From: the human T2T-CHM13v2.0 reference genome, Homo sapiens
Assembly: GCF_009914755.1 (NCBI RefSeq)
Contig: NC_060926.1
Direction: 5' to 3' (one strand)
Length of the DNA stretch: 64,000 nt
In this document: piece by piece, positions 28,392 through 41,316 of the stretch
How positions within the stretch are numbered: the first letter of the stretch is position 1
Layout of the letters: the number at the start of each line of letters is the position of its first letter
Position numbers and translations under genes: made by a program
The notes under the pieces: generated by a model
Told to the model about the DNA's origin: nothing
What the model saw: the letters and a program-made list of their open reading frames with translations, nothing else
Databases searched by the model: none

Positions 28392-28577
28392 TTTTGAAGA
28401 GTCAGAATTGGGCTATAATTGAAGAGTTCATTACCAAGATCGGTTGGTTCCCTGATTACAGTGGCAAGGTGAAATATTTATCCTCTCCAAAAAGCTCCTG
28501 CACAACTGTTCTCCAAGTCACCCACTTCTCACTCTTTTTTCATCCGAACCCGGATGAGCTTGTCAGCAAAATTAAAG
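28392..28577 (+). CDS. Candidate coding exon (VLKSQNWAIIEEF...PDELVSKIK) of an orphan spliced ORF
   Basis: Open frame after in-frame TAG 28385-28387; acceptors TAG|28388 or CAG|28392; good donor AAG|GTATGT at 28578 (phase 1) joining in frame to the 34619 exon. A stronger acceptor at 28336/28337 would include the stop. Confidence 0.4.
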
Positions 28578-31500
28578 GTATGTCATTCACATCGTGCCTG
28601 CATTGCAAAGGACTATAAACCTGCCAACCTCTTTGATGAAATAAAAGGATTTTATTTATGATTCATGTAGGAATATGAGGTTATTTTTATTCCGTCAGTA
28701 CACTAATAATCAGACGAGGGCTCGGGAAATGAGGAGCCCACTGACAGGGAAGGTTCTGATAAAGGGGAACCCTCTAGGGTGTTTGCCCCTCTTTGTAATA
28801 TCCTTTCTAGTGTGAGGTTATGAGCATGGCAGAGTGTGAGCCAGCTATAAGGCTTGGCTGCAGGAACAAAGACAGATGCAATCCAGCAGGACTTGGGATG
28901 CCATCCGTTGAAGGGGAAATAAAAAAAGCAGTCCCTTCGACAAAAAAAAAGTTTTTGCTCCGGCCTCAGGTTAGCAATTTGGAGCCTCCCCAGTTTCCTG
29001 TGATGTCTCCAGTTCAAAAAACAGCCGATCCTCCAGTCTGCACTCCTACTGGGCATTCTAGCCTAAGTTAAAAAAATAATAATAATATGAAAAGATAAGT
29101 AAAAGAAAAAGAGAGAAAGAAAAGCCAGTTGGCCAGGTTCCTTCCACAATCATTAACCATTTGTTCCTGCCACCCAATGTCCTTGGTTAAGGTGATCTGA
29201 CTTAAAGGCAAACAAATGTGGCTGAGTATATTTCAAAGGACACCCTTGTCTTGTTATTTCAAATACTCCCATAATTTGGGGCCCCTTTCATCTTTGTTCC
29301 TGCTCTAGGAAGTGCTTGGAAGTTATTTTAATTCAAGTTGGGGGTAAATTCTTATTCTTACCCATTGCTCCCACTGAGATGACCTCAAGCAATTCTGAAT
29401 AAAAAGTTATCACGGCATGAACTGGGCAGCATTAAGGCCTGTGATTTGTTCAACAGTGACATCTTGGCAGAGAAACAGAAAGACATATAATCTACTGAGA
29501 ATGAAGTGCAAGAAAGTTCACTGGAGGAAGGAAAATAATACTAATCCTTTATTCAATAAGCAGTAAGTCGAATGAGGTGCTTCTTTTTTTAAGGTTTAGT
29601 AAGTGAAAAGTAAATTTAAAAAGCAGTGCCAGCTCAGATGGGGCAGGAGTAGTTATCTGATGGGGTCCTGCCAGGAAATTTGTTTTTATGACAAAGTGTC
29701 AGTGAATGTTATCTGCATGTATTTATGTATATGCATCCATATATCTGTCTAGAAAAGACACATTGGCAAGAGGACCTGTCTGAAAATCAGGAGTCCTGGC
29801 TAGTTTTTCAGAATCAAGGGTCCACTGTTTGCCTTCCTCATTCCATACAGAAGGGTGCTTTTCTCAATGATGTTATTGCATCTTTGACTGAAACATGCGT
29901 TAAATGACACCAGAACATTCTTGCAGAATGACCTAATCCCTGGAGGTGTTATCTCCAGAAGTCAAACCCCTGGCTTCACTCCAGAGTAACCAAGGCCTGA
30001 GCCATAGATCCTGCGAGAAGGCACACACAGTGCTTCACCCCAGAATCTGTCTGCTTGGGCACTGAGTGGTTAAATTTCACCTGTCACCCTGTACTACCTT
30101 AACAAAGTAAGACAAAAAATGTCTTGCTTGGGAACTATCTGGTCAAAATAATTCGTCCCTTTAGAAAGCCAAAAAGTAATCTAAAAAAGAAAAAGTTTTC
30201 AATACATAATCTGATAAAGTAACCACCTAGTTTGAGAGAAATGGCATGTTTGGAAGTGCCCTTTGCTGGAAGCCTGTAAACCTGCATTCTAGTCTGTATT
30301 CCACAGCTAAACTTTGATATGGCTTTAGCGAGTGGCCTTACGTCGGCATGCCTCTGCTTCATCATATCCAAAACAAGACTCTCTCAACTCCTTTATCAAC
30401 TGCTTGAGCAGTAAAGGATATATTGGGTGTGAATGTTTGGGAAGGGATAAACCTTGATACAAAACCAAGCTATTTTTAACTGTGAAATTCTACATTTGGA
30501 AATGGGCTTTGTAGTAGTGTGTACCAACCAGTGTCTTAGAGCTGGGTTCTAGAAATGGCTTCTACTCTAAGACAGGATCTGTCATTTTCTCTTGCCACTT
30601 GGTGGATGGAAAAAGCTGGGGAATGATGGGGCCTAGGGAGGCAATTGTTGGGTTATGCTTGGCACCCACTGCAGACTTCCATTAGATAAATCAGGGGCCC
30701 AGTGGTCACTGTCAGAACAAAGTGGGACAAATCCTGAGTCCCTAAACATTGTGGAATGGTCTAGTTCATGGGATCCAGAGATTCCAAGCTTTTATTTATT
30801 TTTTTGTTATTGAAAGAGCACAAAAATGAGGAGTCCTTTATCTAGTTAGCAGTAGGGAATTGACAAAAAAATTATGGAGGAACTATTTGAGAAATTATAG
30901 CATCTCTGTAGTCCCATATCATGATCTGTAAATGCAGCCTCTTTCACCATGACAGAGAAAACCCTGAGATGTAAGGGAGATGGCCTTATGCCTTTATTTC
31001 CCACAGCCACGAAGCTCACCTCTCATGCCTACCCTAGCGCCAGAAGGTAGAGCAGGTAACTACTCCATTGGCCCTAGATTTCATTCTCATGGAGCAGAGA
31101 GGTTCATTATATTCTCTTTATCAGCAGTGAGGTTTACAGCTGAAGCCATAAGAGAGATCTGTGTGAAACATGAGCCGAGAGAGAGGCACTGTGTCTCACC
31201 ATTAATAAGCCCTCTTCTGGGATCTGGCATTAGTGAGATTCAGCGGATCATGGAGCACAGGGGTATCATTTTTACATGATTACTCTAAATTCTTAAACCA
31301 GAGGCTTAAGAGAGAGGCTTCTCACAAAGGCAGCCGTGGGAATTGTTGACTGATTGGTACAACACTTGCAGTGGGTTAAACCACTTCAGGTAGCTCCACT
31401 TGTGGGGCTTACAATCAGGTATTTAGCAATCTGCTTTCCAAGGAAGGGGAGAGGGAGCTGAGGAAAGGGAGTGATGTCAGGCGATAACAGGTGAGCCTGA

Positions 31501-32458
31501 CTCACTGCTAGCCATGGTGCACTCCTTGTTAGCAGTATCTGCAGCCCCACTGTTCCCTCCTTCCACCCCTGCTGGATTTGCCAGGCTTCTCACCAGTTTG
31601 GTAACTGAGATTATCTGCTTTTTGAACACTAATGCCATTACTTGTCTTTGAAAAGGACTGCACCCTCTCCCTGTAAACTCACCCTCTCTTCTTTGCAGAA
31701 GTGTGAAGCCTGGTTGGAATGACTGGTTCAGACAACTGGCAACCTGTCCTCTCAGCCCAAACATGCTTCCGTTTTCTGAAATAACATTCATTTTCAGGAA
31801 AAAAAATATACTGATGCTATTTCCTGTCTCCCTTTGATCCAAAATTCCAGCAACTCCTGTAGTCTCTAGCAGGTCTCTTTGAAGGTAATGTACCTAAATG
31901 TGCCTGGATCAAACTCCACTGGGCTTCTCTGTCCATGCATCAAGTAAAGTTTGATTTTGTCAGCTCAGAACAGGGTTACCTGCCTCCATTCAGAACAAGT
32001 TAACACTCAAAGAAGTTTTCACAGGAGAAATTTGATGCTACTTTCTGCTTTGCCTCTGAAGGCGCTAAAAACCCAGAAAATGGTCTCAGCACAACTTTAG
32101 TGTTGGAACTCTAAAGATGCCTTATTATCTGATGGTAAGTAGAAACATTTGTTGAAGCCCACAACTTGCCCTTAATGATACTGGGTTTTGTACTATTCTC
32201 TTATTGTTTCAGAGGTTGGCATCACCTCCTCAACAATGAATGAGAGGCTATGCAGTTAAAGAGCAGGGACTATGCTTGTATACTACTCTTGAACAAACAG
32301 GGCTCCAAGCACAGCCCTGGGCTGACTTCAATACAAATTGGCTGACTTCAATGGAAATGCAATTTGCATTTTTCAGGCTCCTTTTCCCAAAGCCACTGAC
32401 ACTTATTTGAAATGGTGTTCAAAGTGTTTAAATCTGTATGAGATCTAGATATCCATAT

Positions 32459-32830
32459 TGTTATGGGCTGAATTGTGTCCCTCCAAAATTCATGAGTTGA
32501 AGCCCTAACCCCCACTGTGACTGCATTTGGAGACAGAGCCTTTAAAGAGGCAGTGAAGGTTAAATGGGGTCATAGGGTAGGGCTCCAGTTCAGAACTGGT
32601 GTCCTTACATGAAAAGGAAGAGACAGCAGAGATCTCTCTCTCTCTCTCTCTGCATACACATAGAAGAAAGGCCGTTTGCAGGCCAAAGACAGAGGCCTCA
32701 CCAGAAACCAACTCTGCTGGCACCTTGATCTTGGAATTCCAGACTACAGAACTGGGAGAAAATACATTTCTGTTGTTTAAGCCACCCAGTCTGTGGTATT
32801 TCATTATACCAGCCCAAGTAGACGAATGCA
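32459..32830 (+). mobile_element. MLT1A/MLT1A0-type MaLR solo LTR
   Basis: Starts TGTTATGGGCTGAATTGTGTCCC, contains 'gctggcaccttgatcttggaattccagac', ends 'ccagtctgtggtatttcattatac...gca'; ~370 bp. Confidence 0.9.
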
Positions 32831-33299
32831 TACACCCCATTTCACAAAAGATTGAGAGATGCAAGTTCGCGGCAGAGCCAGGGTTAAAATACACATGTGT
32901 GCTCTCACAGCTGGTGCTCATTTCACTCTACCATGTTATAGTTGTGAGGTACAGAAAACACTGATAGAGAATGGAAGGGAACCGGAGTATACAAATAAAA
33001 TATTAATATTTAATCATAGTGAATTCCTTACATTATCTTCTCCTTTTACTTGTCAATTTATCTGAGATGCAACAGCCTTTGGAAACCTACAGATCTGTAG
33101 ATCGTGAGAAGGAAAGGGAAGGGGAGGCGGATGGCTTCCTCCAGAAGTGATATATATTAGGAAGTCCCAAAAATCCACTACAACAGGAAGTTTTCCACAG
33201 AGCTAATGTCAGGGAGCACCCTCCTAAGGAGATGTTTTGCTTCGTTTCATTTCTCCCAGACCATGCATATGTATGTAACTGAGATAGCTGTTTAGAACT

Positions 33300-34430
33300 T
33301 TTCTCTCACAGAAAATGAGATAACCATTAGGACAACAGGCTGACAATATGAAAAATGAAGTTATTCTTCCACATACAAAAATTTCAGATGAATCTAAGAT
33401 CTAAGTGTAAAAATAAACTACAAAATACTGGAAGAAAGTTTGAGTGAATATTTATATAATTTTGAAGGAGGAGAGGTCTTGTCACATATGACATTGAAGA
33501 CAGAAATTCTAAAAACATAATGATACATTTTTGCCTTATAAAAGTTAATCATACTTGTACAACAATAAAAGCAAACCAGTTAAAAATACTATCAACAAGT
33601 ATTTAAAATGTCTGGGAATATTTGCAAATATGTAGCCAATACAGTGTTAATATATGTAATATATTTGCACATATGCAGTGAACAAAGTGTTCACATAAAA
33701 TATAGTTAACAAACTGTTAAGTGTTAGTGTAAAGAGTTCTTCCTACTAACTAAGAAAATGACAAATGTTTCAAAAATATAGTGGACAAAGCATATGAAAA
33801 AGCAGCTCGTAACATAAGAATCTTAGGTGGCAAACATATAGTAAGAAAGAATAGATTCATTCTATGAGTCAAATAACTGCGCATTAAAACAATAGAAACA
33901 ATTTTTCTATCAAAGCATATGGGAATAGTTTTTTTTTAAATTATAATATCCAGATTGGGAAGGGGTGTTTCCTCATTTTTATTGAGTGCCGCTGAGAGAG
34001 TAAATCAGGAAACATTTCTTGGGGACATTTGGCAATTTATCAAAGCCTTAAAATCTATTATCCTTTGACTTGATAATTCTGCTACTAGGAATTTGTCCTT
34101 AGGAAATGACTGAACAAGTAGGCATATGTACAGAAATGCTCATCACAGGTTTGGTTTATAAGATAGAACTATTGGGAGAAAATCTAAATATTCGATGTTA
34201 GGGCACTGGCTGAATAACCATACATCTGTTTAATGGAATAACCATTAAAAGTGATGATGAAGATATTATGGATTTGCCAGTATGCAAAGACATTTATGAT
34301 TTATTAAGTGAACTAAACAACCTATAAAGTATAGACATATACACAAATATTTTATATTATGTGTATGTATACATTTTTTAAGAATATACACAAAAAATTA
34401 ACAGTTTAGCATGAGTTATTTCTCTGGATG
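33300..34430 (+). mobile_element. Highly degraded L1ME (ORF2 end and 3' UTR)
   Basis: 'cctttgacttgataattctgctactaggaatttgtcctt' and 'gtggacaaagcatatgaa' L1 motifs. Confidence 0.65.
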
Positions 34431-34603
34431 TGAGTTTGATTTTTCATTTTTATTCACCTGTGTTTTCTAATTTTCCAACAATAATCTGATTTTCTTCCAA
34501 AGCAGCAATAGTAAAGAAGGTGGGATAAATGAACAGAAGATCTAATTGGCGAAACAGTTTTTGGAAATGAAACCTTTTATTCTGCGAATAAGAAACACTT
34601 CTG

Positions 34604-34794
34604 CGGTGTTCCTTAAAGTGTGGTCTAAGCATCGTCTGTATCAGAACAATTCAGAGGCTTTCTTAGAAGTGCAGATTCCAGAGCCCAAATGTGAGGTATA
34701 AAATGGATCCCTGGGACAGTGCCCAGGAATCTACCAATTTAATAAGCCAAGCGCCCAGGTGCTTTCTATGTATTGGGAGGGCTGAGAACTATTG
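34604..34794 (+). mobile_element. MER5A-like hAT-Charlie MITE
   Basis: Follows the MER5A layout: 'ttccttaaagtgtggtc...ttagaagtgcagattccagagccc...gcccaggaatct...ccaggtgctttct...tgagaactattg'; ~190 bp. Confidence 0.8.
34619..34695 (+). CDS. Candidate MER5-exonised coding exon (VWSKHRLYQNNSEAFLEVQIPEPKCE)
   Basis: Acceptor 'gtgttccttaaag|', donor GAG|GTATAA; 77 nt, phase 1 in and phase 0 out, no stops; bridges the 28392 and 46808 exons in frame. Confidence 0.4.
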
Positions 34795-35473
34795 GCCACA
34801 GAAATTACCTGGATCCTTTACATTTCAGAGTTACTGAATGATGGTCAGTCATATTGAGTGATAACTCTGTGCTAAGTAGCTTCTAGTAGCTTCCTTATCA
34901 GTGCAGTGACTGTTGGGTGTCCATTAAGGTGTTAAGGGATGCAGCTCAAGGCATTTTTGATGCAAGGAGAAAAGCCATTTCAGTTTGCACTCTTTCCTTT
35001 CTCTCCCCAGAGCATCCCCTTTCATGATTTGTAGGCCACAGAAATTATCCTGGTCTCTAAGTCTCTTTGCATGTGAATGCCCCAGGGCACTGTCAATGGA
35101 CAACAAAGTAGACATTATTCTTAGAAAATGAGCTCCAAGAGTTGGAGAGAAAGAGCCCACTCAGGAACTTGCCAAGGAAGCAACACCGGAGTAGAACGAA
35201 TAGAGAGGCGTTCGAAAACTTAGCTCTCACAAGGCTGAGGTTGAGTTGGAGTGGATTGAGGAAAAGAGGAGAAAGCGTTCTTTTTTAAGCTAGCCAGTTT
35301 TCCAGGAGTGTGAGATGCCAAAACTAAGTTTTCCATAAGTTTCAGCACAAGCTCCGCATCTGTCAGCCCTCCAGACTCTGATGATAAAATGATACGCAAA
35401 GAGTGTGGTTGCTCCCAAATACCACAGTGAGTACGTCAGTCCCCGTCTGGCATATAATTGCTTTCCTAAATTA

Positions 35474-35488
35474 CCAGCAGGTGGTGCA
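35474..35488 (+). promoter_or_regulatory. Candidate CTCF site within a CpG-retaining unique region
   Basis: CCAGCAGGTGGTGCA, one mismatch to the CCASYAGRKGGCRS core. Confidence 0.45.
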
Positions 35489-38146
35489 AGAGTTTCCAAG
35501 TCAGTGAACTTCCCCTTCACATGGCTTCTGCTCTGGGAAGTCTGGCAGTAGCCCACCCCTCCTTCTTGAGTTCCTCTCATGATCCTTACATGGCTCCTCT
35601 GTGCTCCAATAATCACAAGGGATCGGGAAGCGTCTTTAAAACGCATTTTGTACCTTTTAAAATGTGTTAAATATAAATGTAGAATCAAAGAAACATGCAT
35701 TAATTATAGAACCGTGTTAAGGAATAGAGAAAAAAAAATCCCATTACTAGCAAACCCAGCGGAAACACAAGCCTTCCCCTGTTAGCAAAAGAGGAATGGG
35801 GAAAATTAGCAGAAACCTTTAGGATTTAATGCCCTTTACCTCCTACTAAGAAGACTATGAATATGGATTTGGGAAAAGGGATTGTTGGTGGGGAAGGGAT
35901 TAAATTAGCTTAACCGGAAAAATCGAAAGGAATGAGAGGATATAAAATTGGCCACATCCTGAATGGCATTGGTAGCTTCACTGGTTATATAAGAAGTGAG
36001 GAAGAATCTCTAATTGGGAATTCCCAGAATGTTGTTTTGGAATATTTCAGGCCAAGGAGGAGTGGGGAAAGTCTGTTTTAAGAAAACACCAGGCAGTCAG
36101 AAGGAAGTTCAGCAGGGTTTCCAGACCTGGCTAAGGAAGAGCTGGAAGCAAAGGGGACTAAGGCTTGAGTTTACTTGAAGTGGAATGGAAAACTACATCT
36201 CTAGTTGAGAGTGAAACTCTGACAAGGTCTCAAGACAGGGATGCTATGGGGTTCTCGATTTCAGGCATCTATAGCAAAGTGGTAGCAAATTTGGGACTGG
36301 GAGTGTTCACACGTCACATGCAAGAATTCAGATGGAGAGACAGATTGCATCATCAAATAGACATGGTATTAATGCAGTTGTGAGTATTTGTATATCTTTG
36401 ATTAAAGCTTGGAAATGACACTACGGTCTTGCACAAATAGAACTCCAAAGGAAAAAGAAGGAAAATGATAGGCTCTGACACATGAGGCAGAATTTAGTCC
36501 AGGCTGAATGGATTGCTTTTTTTAAAGATCATCCCCTTTTCTAAGGAACTTTTTCACAGACCCTTTCCGGGCCTGCCTTACTGTCTCTAAAATTGCTAAC
36601 TACTCTAGAGAACCAATCTAGAAACACCATGACCAAGACCTTGATATATTCAGTGACTTTGGGCAACCTATTTAAACACTATGGGCCATTACGTTAAGTC
36701 CACAAATGTAGAGCCAACTCGCAGTGAAAAGTGTGATGTTACTCTGGAAACAATAATGGGAAGATATATACCATATACAAATATGGGGTGGGGAGGAAGG
36801 GAGGACATGGAATCAATTCTATTGCACTCAACTACATTTGCTGAAATCATATACATAAATGTGTTCTAAAATGCAGCTGAAACATGGATTGCTGCTTGAG
36901 ATTAGGGCTTGTTATGACAATTCAGGATACAGTGATTGTCACTAAAAGATGACTGCGGGCACATAATGAAGTAAAAAGTGCTAGTTGATAGGTAGGTGCA
37001 GGTGACGTATGACAGCTAATGAAACAATATAATGTGTAATTGAAAAATGTACTGCCTTGGTTACTGTGAATTTTATTGCCGTCCATAATAAAGGGACCAA
37101 GATTGTACATCAACGATTAATCCTCCAACATGTGTCAATTCCTGCATAAATATAGTGAAAGAGGTAGGAGCCCAGTACAGTGTTGAAAAACATATGCTAA
37201 GACAAGTGTTAGGCAAAAGCAGAGTAAAAGGCCACATTCTCTACAAAATGGCTCAATTGTCCTCTCCCCTCCCTCCATTTTAGAGCATCTCTCTAGTATC
37301 ATCTGACATTTTTACCATATTTCTTGGAGAAAGTGGTATTTCTCCTCCTCATAAGGCTGAATATTGAGAATATTTCTCTTCCATAACACATATCAGCATC
37401 TAACAAATTTTATGTTTTACTTATTTCATTTTCTGTCTCTTCCTACTCTAATGTAAACTATGAGAGGCAAAGATCTTTACCTTTTTTTTTTCTTGCTGCT
37501 GCGTCTCTAGTGCTGAAACGAGTGAGGGATATATAGTAGGTACTCAATAAATGATTTCACATCTTCCTATACCTCTCAGGATCCTTAGACCTTCCCTCTT
37601 CCTAGAGATAAACCTAGAAATTTATATTATAAAGATAATAATTTTCCATCAAAGCTACTGTTGTAAATTCCTTTTCCTTTTTTTCCTGCCAGAAACCCCA
37701 AATAAGTCTGCTCTTGGCCAACATCCCCATCCACACCACATAAGCTATTTTTTATCCATTGCCCCTCAATCAAAGACTTTTTCAAATTTTACTTCCAAGT
37801 TCAAGGGGTCTTTTAATAGCCAATACCCTATGCGACTAATGTGCCACAGTTAGCCTGTTGAGGACTCTCTTCCTCTTGAAGTTTCCTTTCTCTTTTGTCT
37901 TCTATGACACTGCATACTCTGGTTTCTGTTCTTATTTATTCAAAGGATATATTTCTGTCTGCATAAGATACCTATTTTGTAACAAATGACACCAAAATTT
38001 AACAGATTAAAACAACAATGTTTATTATCTCATAGTGTCTATGGCTCAGCATTTGAGGCATGATTTTGCTGGTCCTCTGCGACATGATCTCTACACTCTA
38101 CCAACAAACTCAAAACCAACACTCTACAAGACTGCAATCAAGATGC

Positions 38147-38748
38147 TTAAGGATACACAGTAACAGATAGATAGGAAAAATAAGTTCTAGTGTCCTATAT
38201 CAATGTAGAATGACGATAGTTAACAATGTAGAGTTTCAAATAGCCAGAACTTGGATATTGAGCTGGGCCCAGTGGCTCATGCCTGTAATCCCAGAACTTT
38301 GGGAGACTGAGACAGGCAGATTACTTGAAGTCAGGACGTCAAGACCAGCCTGGCCAACATGGTGAAAACCCGTCTCTACTAAAAATACAAAAATTAGCTG
38401 GATGTGTTGGCACATTCCTGTAATCCCAGCTACTCAGGAGGCCGAGGCAGGAGAATCACTTGAACCCAGGAGGCAGAGGTTGCAGTTAGCCGAGATCATG
38501 CCACTGCACTCCAGCCTCTGGGAGAGAGTGAGACTCTGTCTCAAACAAACAAACAAACAAACAAACAAACAAACAAAGAGGATATTGAATTTTTCCATCA
38601 CAAAAAAATGATGAACATTTGAGATGATGGATACACTAATTACCCTGATCTGATCTGATCATATAAATTATATGTATAGAGACGTCACTATGTATACTAT
38701 GAATATATACAATTATTATTGGTCAATTAAAAATTTTAAAAAAAATTT
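38147..38748 (+). mobile_element. L1MA 3' end, interrupted by an Alu
   Basis: 'gataggaaaaataagttctagtgt...atttgagatgatggatacactaattaccctgat...caattaaaaa'. Confidence 0.85.
38261..38577 (+). mobile_element. AluS element with (CAAA)n tail
   Basis: Dimeric Alu; TSD GGATATTGA at 38253-38261 and 38580-38588. Confidence 0.97.
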
Positions 38749-41290
38749 AACTCAAAGTTTTAAAAAGGATATTGGCCCAGGATCTGTGGCATTATCTGAA
38801 AGCTTAATTAGGGAAGGATCTGCTTCCAAACTCACTCATGTGGTTGTTGGGATAATTGAATTCTCCAGGACCTGTTGGACAGCAGTCTCAGTTCCTCTCT
38901 GGCTGCTGGCTGGGGGCTGCCCTCTGTTCTTTGCCAAGTGTCCCTCTCCATCATGACAATAATGTGAGAAGAGGCAGAGAGAGTGAATACCAGAAAAACG
39001 GAAGACACAATCTCTTATGACCTATTCCTGGAAGTGAGATTTTCTCATTTTTGCTGTTTCTATCAACTAGAAACAAGCCACTACTATGTCCTGCCTGCAT
39101 GCAAAGGAAGGAGATGACAGGAAGGTGTGAAAACCAGGAGACAGGAATTCTTGAGAGCCTTTTAGGATATTGAGTTCCACAGTCACCTTCATTGACTTCT
39201 TTCTGTGCTTCTACTCCATCAAATGGACAGTCTTCAACGTTCTGTCCTCACTTCTCTTTATTCTAAAAATACTTCCCTGTTTCTGGCAGATACTCATTAA
39301 TACCATAAATACTCATGCCATAAAGCTTTATCACTTTTGTGTAATGATTTATATTCATCCTGTTCAACTCAGATGTCCCATAGTCACCTTAAACTCAGTT
39401 TATATAAAATCACATGTATTACTTTGACCTTTACTTTTCTTCATGATTATTATGATTCTTTCACCTACCTGAAAATCAGTTTTTGTGTGTGAATATATCA
39501 TAGTCTTAAAAAAAAAACACAACACTTTATTGAGTTTATTGAGCTTCCATTGACATGTAAAAAGCTACCTACAATATATATAATTCAATGAATCAAATAT
39601 AATGTGTACAATTTGATGTGTTTGGGAATAAATATATATCCGTGAAACCATCATCACCATCAAGTCCATAAACATATCTATCTGGGATTCTTAACAGCCC
39701 TTTTAAATTTTTCTGCCTTCATATTATATATCTAATACACCCCCAAACCCTATTGGTTCCTCCTATGTTACATCTCTCACATTTGTTACTTATTCTTCAT
39801 CTTTACCCCAGTTTGGGCTACAGTGACTTTATCTCCAGGATCTCATAATAACCATGTGGTGCTTTCCAAATTTCTACCAACAAAATGTGCTCTGTGCAGC
39901 CATCCTAAAACACTGCTCTCATGGTGCTACTGTATTCCTCGAAGCTTTTTATTTTATTTTAAAACAAATGTAGCTTTTGAAATTTTTTGAAATAATTTTA
40001 GACTTACAGAAAACTTGCAAGAATTTTACAAAAAATTCCTGTATAACCTTCACCTAGACTTCCTAAACATTAACATGTTGTCAATTTCTTTTATCATTCT
40101 ATCTCTATATATCCACGTTTCCTCCCGAATTTTAAATGTTCTTGAATTTAATTCCAAATAAAAGGAAACTTCTCATCTTGGCATTCAAGGCCTTATGTAT
40201 CTGGTCCCAGACTTAATACCAAGAAGTACACTATGCCTAACTGATCTGGTTTCTGTCTCCTTAACAGTCCTTGAACATTCCCATTTTTATTATGCTTTGT
40301 GCCACTTACTTTGCAGGAAATGTCTTACTTATACATATTTCTACCTAGCAAAACCTTTTTCATCTTTTAACATCTGATTCAAAAGGTCACTTCTTTATGA
40401 AACTTGGAGGCCAGAAGTGATATCTTCCATCTCTGAACTTCTGTAACATTTTGTTTTTTACCATACCTTCTTTTCTTGTGATTATTTGTGCAAATGTAAA
40501 GTATTTTGTAACCTTGATTTATTTATAGCCCTTATTATATACACCATCATTATGCTGACATACCCTGGTACTTTTCATTCACTTAGGCCTGGTTAAAGGA
40601 GAAAGATTTTTAAAAGGTTGTTTTCTTGGAATTAAAATATATAACTAACTAAGAATGAGGTTATATGAAATCAACCTAAGGGTAACAGATGGCCTATATG
40701 ACTGGACCATACTTTGAAGATACTAGCATATATAAAGGAAAATATGTCACTCAGAATGGAAGCTGTTCTTGTTAGACATACAGTGTGAGAGACAGTCTGA
40801 AGCAATTATTGGCAGTATCTAAACAAGCACTGTCCTGGGTGTGTGGGTAGACCTAAGTTCTCAGCACCAGAGGACACTGTAACAGCTTACTACACACTGT
40901 GCACTTGGCTAAGGGCTTTTTAATCCCAGCCTGATTGACTTATCACCTTAACCACATAAAAAACAAAAAATAACATACAGTTGTTCCCCATCTTAAAAGT
41001 AAGGAGCTTAGAAAGTTGTAGCCGTTTATTAAGAATTCTCTATTCTGTGGAGGCATGAACATGAACTGGTTTTATTTTCCCAAACATAATTCTGAAAGGT
41101 AGCAAGTATTTTTATGATATATCAATAAGATTCTAAACCTTGCTGGTTAATTTTACTTATTAAAATTGCCCAGTTCAGGCTGAAATAATAGTTTCATACC
41201 AGATTCAGAAATCTCCCCCTCTCTACCATAAACCAAACTGTATGAGTTTAATGATGGGTTATATCTGCATGTTTATTTGTGTACATTTGT

Positions 41291-41316
41291 GGGGCGGGGT
41301 TGAGGGGTGGTTGGGG
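41291..41316 (+). other. Canonical G-quadruplex motif containing a GC box
   Basis: GGGG-C-GGGG-TTGA-GGGG-TGGTT-GGGG. Confidence 0.7.

Larger units (their letters stand above)
37955..39170 (-). mobile_element. MLT1F/G-like MaLR LTR split by an L1
   Basis: 'tgtaacaaatgacaccaaaatttaacagattaaaacaacaatgtttattatctcatag' resumes at ~38770 with 'gggaaggatctgcttccaaactcactcatgtggttgttgg'. Confidence 0.75.
37860..40500 (+). mobile_element. Fragmented LINE-2 hosting nested insertions
   Basis: L2 motifs at ~37860-37945 ('cttctatgacactgcatactctggtttc'), 39180-39420 ('gatgtcccatagtcaccttaaactcag') and 40150-40500 ('tggcattcaaggcctt'). Confidence 0.6.

Noticed and set aside
32505-32964. Overlapping 138-aa and 121-aa ORFs
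   Set aside because: Lie within the MLT1A LTR and adjacent MIR; chance frames.
33087-33100. 14-bp palindrome CTACAGATCTGTAG
   Set aside because: Short enough to arise by chance in 64 kb.
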